Both the position numbers and the translations under genes were made by a program. From Octopus sinensis (taxonomy: Eukaryota), in contig NC_042997.1 in assembly GCF_006345805.1 (NCBI RefSeq), positions 125,488,001 through 125,552,000 of the forward strand: a stretch of DNA of 64,000 bases. The letters are read 5' to 3'. Of the stretch, positions 28,170-42,250 are shown piece after piece. A model generated the notes under the pieces. That model did no database searches, was not told the DNA's origin, and was given only the letters and a program-made list of their open reading frames with translations. Every line of letters begins with the position of its first letter. Position 1 is the first letter of the stretch.

Positions 28170-28650
28170 AACAGACCTGGTAGAAACAGCAGCCAAATCT
28201 CCCTCAAATCACACTTACTGTCTTATGTATGTATATATATATGAGCCAATGAGGGGGACCTCTACATGGTAGCTAGACCTGGTAGAAATAGCAGCCAAAT
28301 TTCCCCCAAATCACACCTTACTGTCTTATCTATGTATATATGTATGTATGAGCCTATGAGGGAGACCCCTACATGGCAGCTAGACCTGGTAGAAATAGCA
28401 GCCAAATTTCCCCCAAATCACACCTTACTGTCTTATCTATGTATATATGTATGTATGAGCCTATGAGGGAGACCCCTACATGGCAGCTAGACCTGGTAGA
28501 AATAGCAGCCAAATTTCCCCCAAATCACACCTTACTGTCTTATCTATGTATATATGTATGTATGAGCCTATGAGGGAGACCCCTACATGGCAGCTAGACA
28601 TGGTAGAAATAGCAGCCAAATCTCCCTCAAATCACACCTTACTGTCTTAT
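28170..28650 (+). repeat. 107-bp tandem repeat, ~4.5 copies
   Basis: Period 107 (ORF starts 28266/28373/28480/28587); central units near identical. Confidence 0.95.
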
Positions 28651-28919
28651 CTTTCTGCTACTTGGATATAGGTGTTATATTCGTAGTAAAAAACTTTCCT
28701 GTCACACACTCACGCACACGCACACACACACACACGCACCCTCACACACACACACGCGCACACCCACTCACACACCCACTCACACACACGCACGTTAGCT
28801 TACAATTTTATTTATATATTTGCGTGTCTGTGTGGAAAGAGGAAGTGGGAGGCAGAGTGAAAGAATCACTCACTACAGTAAGTCAATACTTTCATTTTAT
28901 TCGTTGCCCACTGTGTGTG

Positions 28920-29157
28920 TGCGTTTGCGGTGTGCTGTAAACCAGACTAAGAAAAGCATTTGACACACACACCAGAATGTGAGTTTTCTGTAAATTTTGC
29001 TTAATTGGAGTTTAAATTTTAAAAACTGGACCTGGCATGACGCGATGCATTGTACTCTTAAAAATGCAAGGTAAATTGTAATTGAAGAAATCCTATATTG
29101 TAGATTTGTATAACTCCCAAAGGGAGGCAGATAAAATCTGCCTTTTATAATAAGAGA
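28920..29157 (-). mobile_element. Possible Helitron 5' fragment
   Basis: A|TCtcttattataaaaggcagattttatctgcctcc start resembles the other Helitron 5' ends; no CTAG end found. Confidence 0.4.
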
Positions 29158-29429
29158 TATATATATATATATGTATATATATATGTATGTATGTGTGTGT
29201 GTGCGTGTGTGTGTGTGGATGTTTGTGTGTCTGCGTTTGTCCCCCAACATCGCTTGATAACCGATGCTGGTGTGTTTACGTCCCCGTAACTTAGTGGTTC
29301 GGCAAAAAAAACCGATAGAATTAGTACTAGGCTTATATATATATACACACATACATATATATAGTGGCTGTGTTGTAAGTAGCTTGCTTACCAACCACAT
29401 GGTCAAGTGTCTTCGGCAGCTGATCCGTG

Positions 29430-29850
29430 GGTCGTTCGTGTGCCGTGTCGCTAATGTCATATTATAAGGGTATTTTATTGCTAGTGCGTTGTGTTATCAT
29501 TGCACTGGTTCGTTCGTGCACTATGCCATCAATGAGCCGTATAGTTCGTGTTAGCACTTCCGTGTTATTAGCGTGTCGTTCATTAGCGCAGCATGCATTT
29601 AATGTGCCATGCCATTAGTGTGCTGAGTGACTTGTATGCTATGTTCTTTGTGTTCCGTATTATTAGTACATTGTGTCATTAAGATGCCGTGTTATTAGGG
29701 TTCTTTGATGTGGAGGTACTGAACATTTAAAGCAACGTTTCACTGAGCTAAAAGCATCATTATGGTGCCGTGTCGATAGTGTACAGCGCCATTATGCTGC
29801 CAAGGTATTAAAGTGGATGTATTATTAGACTGAATTAGTGTTATTAAACC
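29430..29850 (+). repeat. Degenerate ~16-bp minisatellite (gtgccgtgtcattagt-like)
   Basis: Periodic ...cattagt/gtgcc units; similar tract near 25110-25230. Confidence 0.6.
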
Positions 29851-29884
29851 ACTCTCTATGCACTACAATTTACAGTTAATATTA

Positions 29885-30288
29885 ATATTGGTTTCAAATT
29901 TTGGCCCAAGGCCAGCAATTTCCTGGGAGGGAGTTAGTCGATCATATCATGCCCATTGCTCATCTGGTACTTATTTTATCGATGCCGAAAGAATGAAAGG
30001 CAAAGTCGACCTCAGCATAATTTGAACTCAGAATGTAAAGGCGGACGAAATACCTATTTCTTTATTGCCCACAAGGGGCTACACATAGAGGGGACAAACA
30101 AGGACAGACAAACGGATTAAGTCGATTACATCGACTCAGTGCATAACCGGTACTTAATTTATCGATCCCGAAAGGATGTAAGGCAAAGTAGACCTCGGTG
30201 GAATTTGAGCTCAGAACGTAGCGACAGACGAAATACCGTTAAGCATTTTGCTTGGGATGCTAACCACTCTACCACCTTGCCGCCTTAC
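29885..30288 (-). mobile_element. SINE family B composite (tail-1 unit + tail-2 unit)
   Basis: Two cores with different 3' tails. Confidence 0.85.
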
Positions 30289-30838
30289 CACTACTTTTAA
30301 TATTGTTACCTAAACTAAAGTACCAGTTAAGTATGGGAATAATTTAATCGACAATACCCTCCCTGAAAATGTGTGGCCTTGTGCCAATGTTGAAAATCAA
30401 TTTCATTATCTAAAATACACCAACGGCGTACTAAACAATTTCTCTCGGAGTTATGAACGAAATCAATCAATCAGTCTACTGCGCATGTGCTGTACACCGA
30501 TTACCAAAACCTTCTCTTTCAGACATTGGTATATAAATAGAAAGTATGAAACTACAGATATAATTCTGTAGATATAAACTATAGATATAATTCTATTACA
30601 TAAGTTTACGGTCAGCGCTTCTCTCATAATTAAATTATCAATTAATCATATTCCCCGGCATAACTCAATGTTTTTCACGAACATTTCCATACAGTAAGAT
30701 TAGCTACAACAGGGCGAGCGAGTAATCGCGAAGATTATATTTCTACTGTCAAAATATAACTTTAGCTATACTTCTGAGAATCTAGAAAATATCCAGAGTT
30801 GTCTTTCTTGTTTGTTCTACCAAACAATAGTAAACCAA

Positions 30839-31230
30839 TCTATATATATAAAGCTGAAGTTGTCTGTGTGTGGCAGGTTTGGTAGCCTTCAACTAACACA
30901 ATCTCCTCAGACAGCCGGCGGTGCAAATTGACCAAAATTGAGAGTATGGTAGAAGAAGGCTTGCTCTTCCTTCCGTAGAAGATAAAATTCCATTCGGACC
31001 GTGTTAAGACCAAAAATTATTTACATAAGAAGGGAGCTTTTTTTTTTCTATGAAAACCCCTATTTTTTACGATTTTTTGACTGTTGTGTCACCATTTTTC
31101 GGTGTATTACAACCAGAAAAATGTTCACTTAAAGAGAATAACAAGCTACAAAATGCAAAATTTTTACTTTTCAAAAATTCCAATTCTAACGGGTGGAACA
31201 AACCCGAGCAACGCCGGGCGATACTGCTAG
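30839..31230 (+). mobile_element. Non-autonomous Helitron
   Basis: A|TCtatatatataaagctgaagttg ... cccgagcaacgccgggcgatactgCTAG|T with subterminal hairpin. Confidence 0.88.
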
Positions 31231-31490
31231 TTTCTGATATTCTTTAAAGATCTCTGTGATTATGAAATCACTGTAGATACTGTGATTATTTCTGGTGTTA
31301 AAAACATTGGAATTAATATCAGATATGAATGTTATTACTTAATTAATTTTAATGGTTTATTTAATCAAAATAATCAAAATAGTTTATCAAAATATTTGTG
31401 TGTGAAAAACAATAACTTCCATAGTAACTACTAAAGGTTGTCCAGGCTTTTCAAATGAAGAACTCTAATATAGGGTGGAAGTAGAACACA

Positions 31491-31908
31491 TATTTCTTTA
31501 CTGCCCACAAGGGGCTACACACAGAGGGGAGAAACAAAGACAGATTAACGGATTAAGTCGATTACATCGACCCCAGTGCGTAACAGGTACTTATTTAATC
31601 GACCCCGAAAGGCTGAAAGGCAAAGTTGACCTCAGCGGAATTTGAACTGAGAACGTAGCGGCAGACGAAAATACCTATTTCTTTACTACCCACAAGGGGC
31701 TAAACACAGAGAGGACAAACAAGGACTGACAAACAGATTAAATCGATTATATCGACTCCAGTGCGTAACTGGTATTTAATTTATCGATCCCGAAAGGATG
31801 AAAGGCAAAGTCAACCTCGGCGGAATTTGAACTCACAACGTAGTGCCAGACGAAATACAGCTACGCATTTCGCCCGACGTGCTAATGTTTCTGCCAGATC
31901 GCCGCCTT
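31491..31908 (-). mobile_element. SINE family B dimer
   Basis: Two core+tail units; imperfect TSD tggaagtagaacaca / tggtagtagaataca. Confidence 0.9.
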
Positions 31909-32434
31909 ACATGGTAGTAGAATACAACCCTTTGCTGTCTTGTTTTGAGGCTCCCGCCTAAAAAGAATCATGTTGAGTCTCTGTGTCGTCGATAGATCAG
32001 CTTGTAGCAACTGCTAAATCTCTTTCAAAACGTGTACTGGCGTTCTTTAAAAAAAGCGAAGGATACACTCCCAAAATGTAAACCTGGATATTTAGATTAT
32101 GTGATGATCAAGGCTGAATGTCTTTAATCATATGGCTACTCGATTGAAACTGACTGTTAACAACAATAGCATCAACATCAATGGCAATATTTGAAACAAG
32201 CACCAGTGCCTTAAATTATTTTTAAAGCTGAACGAGCTGACACCGCAACAAATGCCAAATTGTTTTCCTAGTGTCTCAAACTTAAAGTTCGCCATTAGCT
32301 TGACACGTGTGCCTTTATCCTGACAGGCACTGACTATTACATAAGCGTTCAGTGCCGCCTACAGAATTACCATTCTCAGAGCGTGCAATCGAATTCCAAT
32401 AGCTTTTATGATTCTACTAAGGTCAGGACTAAAA

Positions 32435-32650
32435 TGTTGGTTTCAGGTGTTGGTACAAGGCCAGCAATTTCCTGGAAGGGTTAAGTTGATTATATCCACC
32501 CCCAGTGCTGAACTAATATTTACTTTATCGACCACGAATGGATGAAAGGCAAAGATGACTTCGGCGAAATTTGAACTCAGAACGTAAAGGCGGACGAATT
32601 GCAGCTAAGCTAACGTTTCTGTCCGGCGTGCTAACGTTTCTGCCAGCTCG
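32435..32650 (-). mobile_element. SINE family B monomer, older
   Basis: Core and tail-2 similarity. Confidence 0.75.
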
Positions 32651-32880
32651 TTGTTTTTAATAACTTAAATATCACAACCAACGACGTGGTCCTCCTGACA
32701 AAATATTTTTTTCACACTCTACAATATGTAGCAAAAGGATACACACGAGCTTCAAATGGTTATCATTCATTTTTTCTTCTTTTAATCTTGCTTACTTCTT
32801 TTCCTTTTCCTTTTTTTTCGGCGTACAATTCACTGTTCAAATCATTTATTTCTTTGTGTGTGTGTGTGTGTGTGTGTGTA

Positions 32881-33330
32881 TACTCTTTACTCTTTTACTC
32901 TCTTACTTGTTTCAGTCATCTGACTGCGGCCATGCTGGAGCACCGCCTTTAGTCGAGCAAATCGACCGCAGGACTTATTCTTTGTAAGCCTAGTACTTAT
33001 TCTATCGGTGTGTTTTGCCAAACCACTAAGTTACGGATAAATAAACACGCCAGCATCGGTTGTCAAGCGATGTTGGGGGGGACAATCACACACACACACA
33101 TATATACACACGCATGCATGCATATATATATATATATACATATATACGACGGGCTTCTTTCAGTTTCCGTCTACCAAATCCACTCACAAGGCTTTGGTCG
33201 GCCCGAGCCTTTGGCCGGCCCGAGACTTTAGTAGAAGACACTTGCCCGAGGTGCCACGCAGTGGGACTGAACCCGGAACCATGTGGTTGGTAAGCAAGCT
33301 ACTTACCACACAGTCACTCCTACGCCTATG
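32881..33330 (-). mobile_element. SINE A
   Basis: Family match. Confidence 0.9.
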
Positions 33331-34114
33331 TGCCTACATTTTGTCCATCACTTTTCGAATTTCCATCTATTTGTTATAACTTCTCACGTTGTCCATCTGT
33401 CTGTCTCTTATTCCCTCGTTCCATTTATGCTATTCCATTTATCATTTTTCATATTATATTATATTGTTTTTTTTCCCTTTCATTAGAGAGAATATGACGG
33501 ATGGTAAAAATGAAAGGAAGTGATAGTGGGTAATCATTTTATATCAAATAATCTCAAAGTCTAGCAATTGAATATCATTTGATATTGCTTATGAAATTAT
33601 TATTCCACTGGTATTTTATTCCGACTAAATCTGATACGAAAATAGTAAACCACAACCTGAGATAAAGTAACAGAAGAAATATTGGTGATTAATATATGGT
33701 AGTGTACACTGATGAAAATCGCTTTAGTGTTTAGTTATTAGAGATTGAACAGTAGCTTGGTGATTGGTCCGTTTCTTGTGACCATTACTGCTCTGTGTCT
33801 ATGAGAGAGATATTCAATTCATACCAACGACACTGTCCATACAATGTAAATAGAAAGAGACGTCTGAAATTATGTTAGAGAACTGGTGCTCTGGTTTTTG
33901 TTTTGTTTTTGTTTTTTATTTTTTGTTTTTTTTTTGTGGTTGTTAGCCTCGGGCAGGAGTAGATCTATCGAATTCATTCCCTTTGTAACCGTTCCAGCTT
34001 TCTTTTTTCTCATTCAGACATATCAATTGCGAATCTAGAACAAGATCCAATATGTTCTTTATTTTACAACTGCACAGTATGGTATGAGGATGATTTGGCA
34101 GCTATTTTCTTGTG

Positions 34115-34146
34115 ACATCATCATCATCATCATCATCATCAATCAT

Positions 34147-34233
<87 letters not shown>

Positions 34234-34347
34234 GTGGTGGTGGTGGTGGTGGTGGTGGTGGTGGTGTTGGAAGGTGATGGTGTGAAGGTGATGTCGGCGG
34301 TGACGGAGGGAACGGCAGTAGCAGCAGTAAAATTAGTAGTAGTAGTG

Positions 34348-34412
<65 letters not shown>

Positions 34413-34436
34413 TATTATTGTTCTTCTTCTTCTTCT
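34115..34436. repeat. Stepwise trinucleotide array CAT-CAG-TAG-TGG...TAG-TAT-CTT
   Basis: Directly visible. Confidence 0.95.
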
Positions 34437-34638
34437 TTATGCCCATGTTAGTTTCTGATCCAGTACACCTATAGACAAAGATATCCCAACAGTGATTAGT
34501 TCGTCTATATTATTCAGGCAGAGAGTATATAGAGCTAAAAGAACCTTCCTGTCCTTGATGGAATTTAAAATTGATTTTGGTTGCTATACCTAACTGCCTA
34601 TGCGAGCATTTAGAGCTTACCTCATCTTTAATCTTGGC

Positions 34639-34983
34639 CAGTTATTCTCAAATGGTGCACCGCAGATTTTTAAAACAGTATGATTCAAAAAAACATTAGA
34701 AAATCTCTATTAATGTTTGAGTGCATTCAAAAAATATGTCATACATTATTTTGTTATGTACAAGCCTGATAAATAAAAAATACTAAGCATTACTCTTTTA
34801 CTCTTTCACTTGTTTCAGTCATGTGACAGTGGCCCTACTGGAGCACTGCTTTTAGTCAAGCAAATAGACCCCAGGACTTATTCTTTGTAATCCTAGTACT
34901 TATTCTATCGGTCTCTTTTGCCGAACCGCTAAGTTACGGTGATGTAAACACATCAATATCGGTTGCCAAGTGATGTTGGGGTG

Positions 34984-35057
<74 letters not shown>

Positions 35058-35374
35058 CGGACTTCTTTCAGTTTCCGTCTACCAAATTCACTAGCGTGGC
35101 TTTCGCTGGCCCGAAGCTATAATGGAAGACAATTGCCCAAGGATCCACGCAGTGGGACTGAACCCGGAACTATGTGGTTCGTAAGCAAGTGACTTACCAC
35201 ACAGCCACTCCTACGCCTCTTTAGTTAACAATATCTGCATCTAAATATCTAAAAAATGTTAAACCTTGTGTACGTCTATATGAGTATTCCTTAAGTTTTC
35301 CATACAAAGTGCTCCAGTATTTTCTTTTATTTGATCTCCAATATAATCTCGAAGTCAAAGACTGAGAACCACTT
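34639..35374. mobile_element. Possible hAT-type MITE with nested SINE A (34790-35218, minus)
   Basis: Degenerate TIRs cagttattctcaa / ctgagaaccact; similar end gttgagaatcactg at ~1205-1218. Confidence 0.45.
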
Positions 35375-36619
35375 GTACAATGTTTTGTTATTTAAGATGG
35401 TGGCCATATTTAACTATGATCCACTGAAATTAGGAAATAGGGATTAATCAAGGAAATTGAGTATATAACTTTGAAAAGAATTTTATTTATAGTGTGGATT
35501 CAGCGATCGCCTGCATCTCCCATCCATTTTTATCTACTGTTTCTTCTCCCAACGCTACTCTCATAACTGTTATTAGATCCCTTCTCTTATATTCTTTAAA
35601 AAATGGTTTATCATTTATTTCCACGTATTACATTCCTGACCATCTGCTGACCTTCATCTCTTCCACTTAATCTTTTCATATCTCTGTCTCTCCCTTCTTC
35701 CTCTACATTTTCTATAGCCTTTCTTTCACATCTTTTCTTTAACTATTTTCTTCTGCTCTGTTCTTCTCTTTTCTTCATCTCACTTTTTACTTTCTCCTAA
35801 CTTCACCACGGTTATCACGAATTCTTCCTTTCTTTCTCGTTATTGTTATGTTTATTATTTTTATATTTTTATTTTTAATCCTTTTTATTTCACTTTTTAT
35901 TTTGTATTTATTTCTATCCAACCAATTTGTCTCTTTATGTTCTAACCCTGACCACTTCCTGTGCTTCAATCCCTTCACCTTATCTCAACCTTTTCTTCTT
36001 TCATATTGTTGTCGACATGTTAGCCATCCTTTTCTAACTTCCCTTTCTTTCTTTGATATCGATTATTCTCTCTGTACATATCAGTTTTGACCATTTTCTG
36101 ACCCTTTATTCATTCCCTCCAGTCGGCTTTTCTTATTTCACTAGCCCCTTGCTTTCCCCTTACCCATTTCCTCCCTCCAATTTTAATTCTTCTGTCCCTC
36201 CTCTTTCTATTGCCCCTAATGTATTTCCTTCCACTGTATTACTTCGCTAAACAAACCATTTCCTCTTATTCTCCAAAGAAAAACTCTGCCTAAAACGCTG
36301 CAATCCACTCCATTTCATGCTACACTAATATTATTTGCTTTTGTTTATTATAACAGACTTTTGCCGATCCAAAGTAGTACTGTTTTCAGAGAATTCTGCT
36401 ACAATTCATTTATTCTTTTATTGGCTTCAGTCACTGAAATGCGGCCATGCTGGAGCACTGCTTTCAATGGTTTTCATTGATCATATCTAACCCGATGTAA
36501 AGAATTCGAACGACATTCATTTCAAGTCACTCCAACCAATCTGAAATCGATTTTACATTACCTCCAAAGATATCCTGAATTTGATGTCATATTCGTATCA
36601 GCACGATCCGTATTACCTC

Positions 36620-36683
<64 letters not shown>

Positions 36684-37130
36684 AACTAAAATGACAAATT
36701 CCTATTTTGACAATCCGTGATACGATTATTGCACAAAATACATGAAACAACACTAAAAGGTAGTCTTAAAATCTGAAGAAATTAAAATGTCACAAAAAAC
36801 GTTTAATGGTATTAAAAAACATTCTTGCTTTCGTTTCAATTGCATTTAAATTAAGTCTGATTGTAATATAATTTATGATACAATTGCTTAAAGCAAAAAA
36901 GAGTGCGAATTATTATCGCTATGATTGTTGTTGTTAGTAGTAGTAGTAGTAGTGTGAGTATTATCTATACAAACATAAATAGAGCTGTTTTGAGTTATCT
37001 GAAGTCGTAGACCCGTAAGATGAAATTATCATCTGTCACCTACTTTTTACTCATAGCTGTCTGTAAGTTATATAATAGAAATCTATTTACGAAATGGCTA
37101 AGTTACTTTTTCGACCAAAAGACACTTTGT

Positions 37131-37558
37131 TACTCTCTTTTACTCTTTTACTCTTTTACTTGTTTCAGTTATTTGATTGTGGCCCTGCTGGAGCACCGCC
37201 TTTAGTCGGGAAAATCGACCCCAGGACTTATTCTTTGTAAGTCTAGTACTTACTCTATCGGTCTCTTTTGCCTAACCGCTAATTTACGGAGACGTAAATA
37301 CATCAGCATCGGTAGTCAAGCGACGTTGGGGGTACAAACACAGACACACACACATACACACACACATACGCACACACACATATATACATATATACGACGG
37401 GCTTCTTTCAGTTACCGTCTACCAAATCCACTCACAAGGCTTTCGTCGGCCCGAGGCTATAGTAGAAAACACTTGCCCAAGGTGCCACGCAATGAGACTG
37501 AACCCGGAACCATGTGGTTCGTAAGCAAGCTACTTACCACACAGCCGCTCCTACGCCT
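37131..37558 (-). mobile_element. SINE A
   Basis: Family match. Confidence 0.9.
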
Positions 37559-37815
37559 TGTTATATACAAAGATGTACGAGCGCGCGCGCAACGTGCTTC
37601 TACATAGTTTAGTTTACCAAATTCCACTGATAAGATTAACCCGAGATAAGAATAAGAGACATTTGCTGCTCACATAGGATCGAACTTGGCATATCTTATC
37701 TACGCCTATAAATTTCCTGCTATGCTTTAACAAGTCTTCAGAAATAACCACATTTCGCGTATTTGATCCCATATCTTGACTTCTAACTAATTTGTATAGC
37801 TTATACATGTACATT

Positions 37816-38320
37816 GCGGAGGCGCGTGGCTTAGTGGTTAGGGTGTCAGCATCATGATCGTAAGATTGTGGTTTCGATTCCTGGACCGGGCGACGCGTTG
37901 TGTTCTTGAGCAAAACACTTCATTTCACGTTGGTCCAGTCCACTCAGCTGGCGAAAATGACTAACGCTGCGATGGACTGGCGTCCCATCCAGCTGGGGAA
38001 CACACACGCCATTGAAACCGGGAAAACGGGCCCATGAGCCTGGCTAGACATTAAAAGGGCGCATTTAGTGGAAACGCGAGGCCTAGTGGTTAGGGTGTCA
38101 ACATCATGATCGTAAGGTTGCGGTTTCGATTCCTAGATGGGGTGACGCGTTGTGTTCTTGAGCAAAACACTTCATTTCCCGTTGCTCCAGTCCACTCAGC
38201 TGGCAAAAATGAGTAACGCTGCAATGGACTGGCGTCCCATTCAGCTGGGAAACACATACGGCATTGAAACCTGGAAACCGGGGCCATGAGCCTGGCTAGA
38301 CTTTAAAAGGGCGCATTTAT
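37816..38320 (+). mobile_element. Two head-to-tail tRNA-SINE (family C, CORE-like) copies
   Basis: A box tggcttagtgg, B box gtttcgattcc, tail gaaaccggg...aaaagggcgcattta; second copy starts ~38068. Confidence 0.88.
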
Positions 38321-38573
38321 TTTTTATTTATATTTACTATTATCTTTCCAACAGATAGCATATTGCGAATGAGGATCTTCTCGAGCCGATCTTAAAATAA
38401 AAGGCATTTCAACCATATCCATCAGTATCTATTAGGACCTTATTTATTTTTTATTTATATTTATTATTATCTTTCTAACAGATAGCATATTGCCAATGAG
38501 GATCTTATCGAGCCGATCTTAAAATAAAAGGCATTTCAACCATATCCATCAGTATCTATTAGGACCTTATTTA
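38315..38573 (+). repeat. 127-bp tandem duplication
   Basis: aaggcatttc at 38401 and 38528; few mismatches. Confidence 0.9.
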
Positions 38574-41326
38574 ATGTGGCCATTTTTCAGGATTTGAGTG
38601 AGATTTCAGGAAATATGATAGTGTGATATTTTATTTATTTTAATAATTTAGTCAGAAAAGAAGGAACAACGTCTGCAGCCCTTTTCAAAATTCCCGTGAC
38701 CTGTAAAAGAAAGTTATCCACCGACTGAGACCAGCTAAGCAGGATTATTACAAAAGTATATACTCCTTTAAAGGCAGCCAAATTCCCAGGTACTAGTGTA
38801 AAAGAAGAACGGGATAGATCTCTCTGACGAACTTTTACATATTTTCCTTCCCTTAAACTTCACGCCAAAGGCTTTCATCAGTCAGATACCATCTTAGAAG
38901 ACACTGATCCTCGGTATCATTTTGTTGGAATGAACATGAAACAACGTGGTTGCGAAGCAAACATCTTAATTACAAACTCAGGTCTCTGCTCAAAGTACAT
39001 AATCAAGATAAGTGAATTGATCTTGAGTCAAATAAGAATTACTAATAAGCTTTTACTCACTGTTTCTTGTGCATATGTATTCACGAGTAGACCCTGCAGA
39101 ACATCGAAGCTGCTGAGAAAGAGAAGAAGAGAGAAAAAAGGAGGGAGAGAGAGAGAGATGCACAGCACTCGACTGGCTGAGTAGACTGGATCTGCTGATA
39201 ATCGCAAGGACAGAGTGTTGCATCGTGTGTTTTGTGAAGGCACTTCATTTCCCGTTGTTCTAGTCCAGTCAACGCTGAGACGTGCCTTCTCAAAGCCACA
39301 ATGCACAGCTCGGTCTCGGTATCAGACCCAAGAGCTTAGGATCATGAGCAGGTCACCCTGACCACGAAACAACTCACCTCCATCCAGGATATTTATTTAA
39401 AATCTGTAGCACACAATAATTTACCACACAGTGAAGATAGATGAGTTTAGATGATTCGCGCTAGGCCCTTATTCTATAAAGTCTGCTTTTGTCCGCATTG
39501 AAGGTAGAGAGCTATTTTAGACTTGTAGCTAGTCGAATGACCACATACAGACAACCTCATTGCAAAATAAAGTTAATCGATGATTTTCTGCAAGAAAAAA
39601 TTCGAAATAGGACGTTGGTATTTCTCAGTAAGACTAGGATTGCAGCATTCAGATACTCCCGAATGAAGATGAGGTTTATACTTCGTGCGGTCAGAACATA
39701 TCGAATTGATTATCAGTGTTTTTAGGGAGAGATTTACATCACGTGGAAAGAGTATCTTTCTTGACCTGAATGGCAGGTTATTTGTCTTGGACAACTCTGG
39801 CTACCATTGTGTTCTAACCATCATATTCTAGTTAGAATAAAATGCTTATCATAGTTGTATTTGAGTTTTTTTCTATTACTTTCTTGCTTTTCTATTTGTT
39901 TCCAGTATGGGTTTAATGGTTTTGTTGTCGTCGTTGTTGTTGCTGCTACTGTCGTTGGTGCTGCTACTGCTGTTGTGGCTGCTATAGTTGTTGTGGCTGT
40001 ATATTCCCTAGCTGGCCCTGATAGAGCAGACCTTTAGTCGTCAGTGTAGATCTTTAGTAGTCAATGCTGTACTCCGACACTGATTGCCAATTATTTTCTG
40101 ACATTGGTGTCAGGAACAGAATTCTTCTGGCGACAGAGGACGTTCCTGACATCTCAATAATTAGTGCTTCTGAGGACTAGAATGGCATCTTATCTGCACA
40201 CTGGGATTGTGTAGGTATAATAGATAAGCGAGAGAGTAAACTTCCTTTAAATTTCGTCAGACAATTTCAGTTGTTTGGAAGCTGTCGAATTTATCTCTTG
40301 AATGCACCTTTATGTGTTTAAACAAATTGCAGCGAATCGTTCGATTCAAACGTTGAAAGCGTTAGCGGATAGAAATTGCGTAAGGCGTTTCAGATTTTCG
40401 ATGGCTATCTTTAAAAACAGCATGTTTATGACAAGTAAAGTGAACTTAGATAAGATTTATAGGTATTGATTTGATTACTTGAAGCTGAACGTGTCCTTTC
40501 CGGCAGAGCAATTCCGAGTAGTTAATTAGTTAATTGGGAATTGACGAGTTATATTATAAATAATAAATGTTGAGTGAGGTTAAAAAGAAAAATTGGATTA
40601 GAATCGCCGAGGTTCACTAATTAATTACGGATAGAAAACAATATTTCAGAGAGGGAGTTAGTCGTTAGCCAAGAAGAGGCTTCTGGGAAAGACATCGTGA
40701 CCGAAATGAAATTAACAAGAATAGCCTTTGACCATTACTTCTACGCTAAACACGAACGTTATATTGTTCATTCTAAGATGCCAGCGCAAAGACACTGTTG
40801 TAAGAAATATGCTCAATGGGATTGGATGTTAGAAAAGTGACGCATTACATTGTGTACAATACGTGCGTTGTATCCAAAAATGTGCGATCTTTCAGCAGCC
40901 TCTTCTGAACTGTTTGGCTGGAGAGGGGTTAAAAACAGTGTTCTTTAAATGTACAGGCATACAGTCATATCGACTTGTTTACCAAATATACATTTAGCTT
41001 TACTGTAAAAAGCATCGAGATGTAGAATTTCAGAATAAACAACCCTACACACACCAAAACATTTTTTTTTTAAGAAAATGTTTTCAGTGTTCTCTGTTTT
41101 AAACACAACTGTAATTACTCTGCAAAAGTAATTATAAACATAATCAACGAAATATAAATAAATAAATATAAATTGTTGTTTCTAAAGTTCGCAGTTAGTT
41201 AAAAAGTTTGTCTTTAAATTAGATTAACTCAACAAAAATATATTCCAAAAGAAGGAATTTTTGTCAAACGTTCTACTTCTTTCAGATAACTACATTTCGT
41301 ATTTCTGAAAGCCATATGTGGCTTTG

Positions 41327-41630
41327 TGGAGGCACATGGCTTAGTGGTTAGAGCAGCGGACTCGCGGTCGAGGGATCGTGGGTTCGAATCTCATACCGGG
41401 TGATACATGTGTTTATGAGCGAAACATCTAAGCTCCACGCAGCTCCGGCAGAAGGTTATGGTGAACTTCTGCTGACTCTTTCGCCACAACTTTCTCTCAC
41501 TCTTTCCTTCTGCATCTTGCAGCTGACTTGCGACGGACCGGCGTCCCGTCTAGGTGGGGAACCTATACGCCAAGGAAACCGGGAAACCGTCCCTGTGAGC
41601 CAAGCATGGCTCGAGAAGGAACAAACAAAA
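41327..41630 (+). mobile_element. tRNA-Arg-like SINE (OR-type)
   Basis: tggcttagtggttagagcagcggacTCGcggtcg...ggttcgaatc head; tail gaaaccgggaaacc shared with family C. Confidence 0.8.
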
Positions 41631-41899
41631 ATCTGCGGCTTTAACGTAGCAGTTTCTCAGTCTCTGATGAACATATTCTTTATATGACCCAGCTCATAAA
41701 ATTATAAACAGCGGGAACACTGAAAATTTGATGATTGTTTTGTCACGTCGCAGTGCTGAGTTCAAGCCTTATCGTTAATATCTACTGAAGAGAGCCGCCC
41801 ACTTCTCAACTCCTTTTTTCTAGATATTTCTCTCATGAAGAGACGTATTCATTTGTGGCGCTCCCAGTAGGTTATGGATCATTACTTGAATTAAAAGGT

Positions 41900-42250
41900 G
41901 AAGACTATGTGATAAAAAGCTTGCTTCCCAATCACATGGTTCCAGGTTCAGTTCTACAGCGTGGCACCTTAATCAAGTGACTTCTACTGCAGCCTCGGTC
42001 CAACCAAAGCCTTGTGAGTATATCTGGTAGAGGGAAACTGAAAGAAGCTCGTTGTTGATATACATATGTGTGTCTGTCTTTGTCTCCCACCATCACTTGA
42101 TAACCGATGTTGGTGCGTTTACGTCTCAGTAACTTGGAGGTTCGGTAAAGAGTCCAATAGAATTAGTACCAGGCTTTAAAAAATAAGTACTGGGGTCGAT
42201 CCATTCGACAAAAATACATTCAAGGCAGTGCCCCAGCATGGCCACAGTTT
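41900..42250 (+). mobile_element. SINE A, older subfamily
   Basis: Diverged family match. Confidence 0.75.

Noticed and set aside
28170-28650. CRISPR-like array or repeated 66-aa protein
   Set aside because: No unique spacers; plain tandem repeat in eukaryotic DNA
41327-41400. tRNA-Arg gene
   Set aside because: tRNA-like head runs into a SINE body; no proper acceptor stem or terminator
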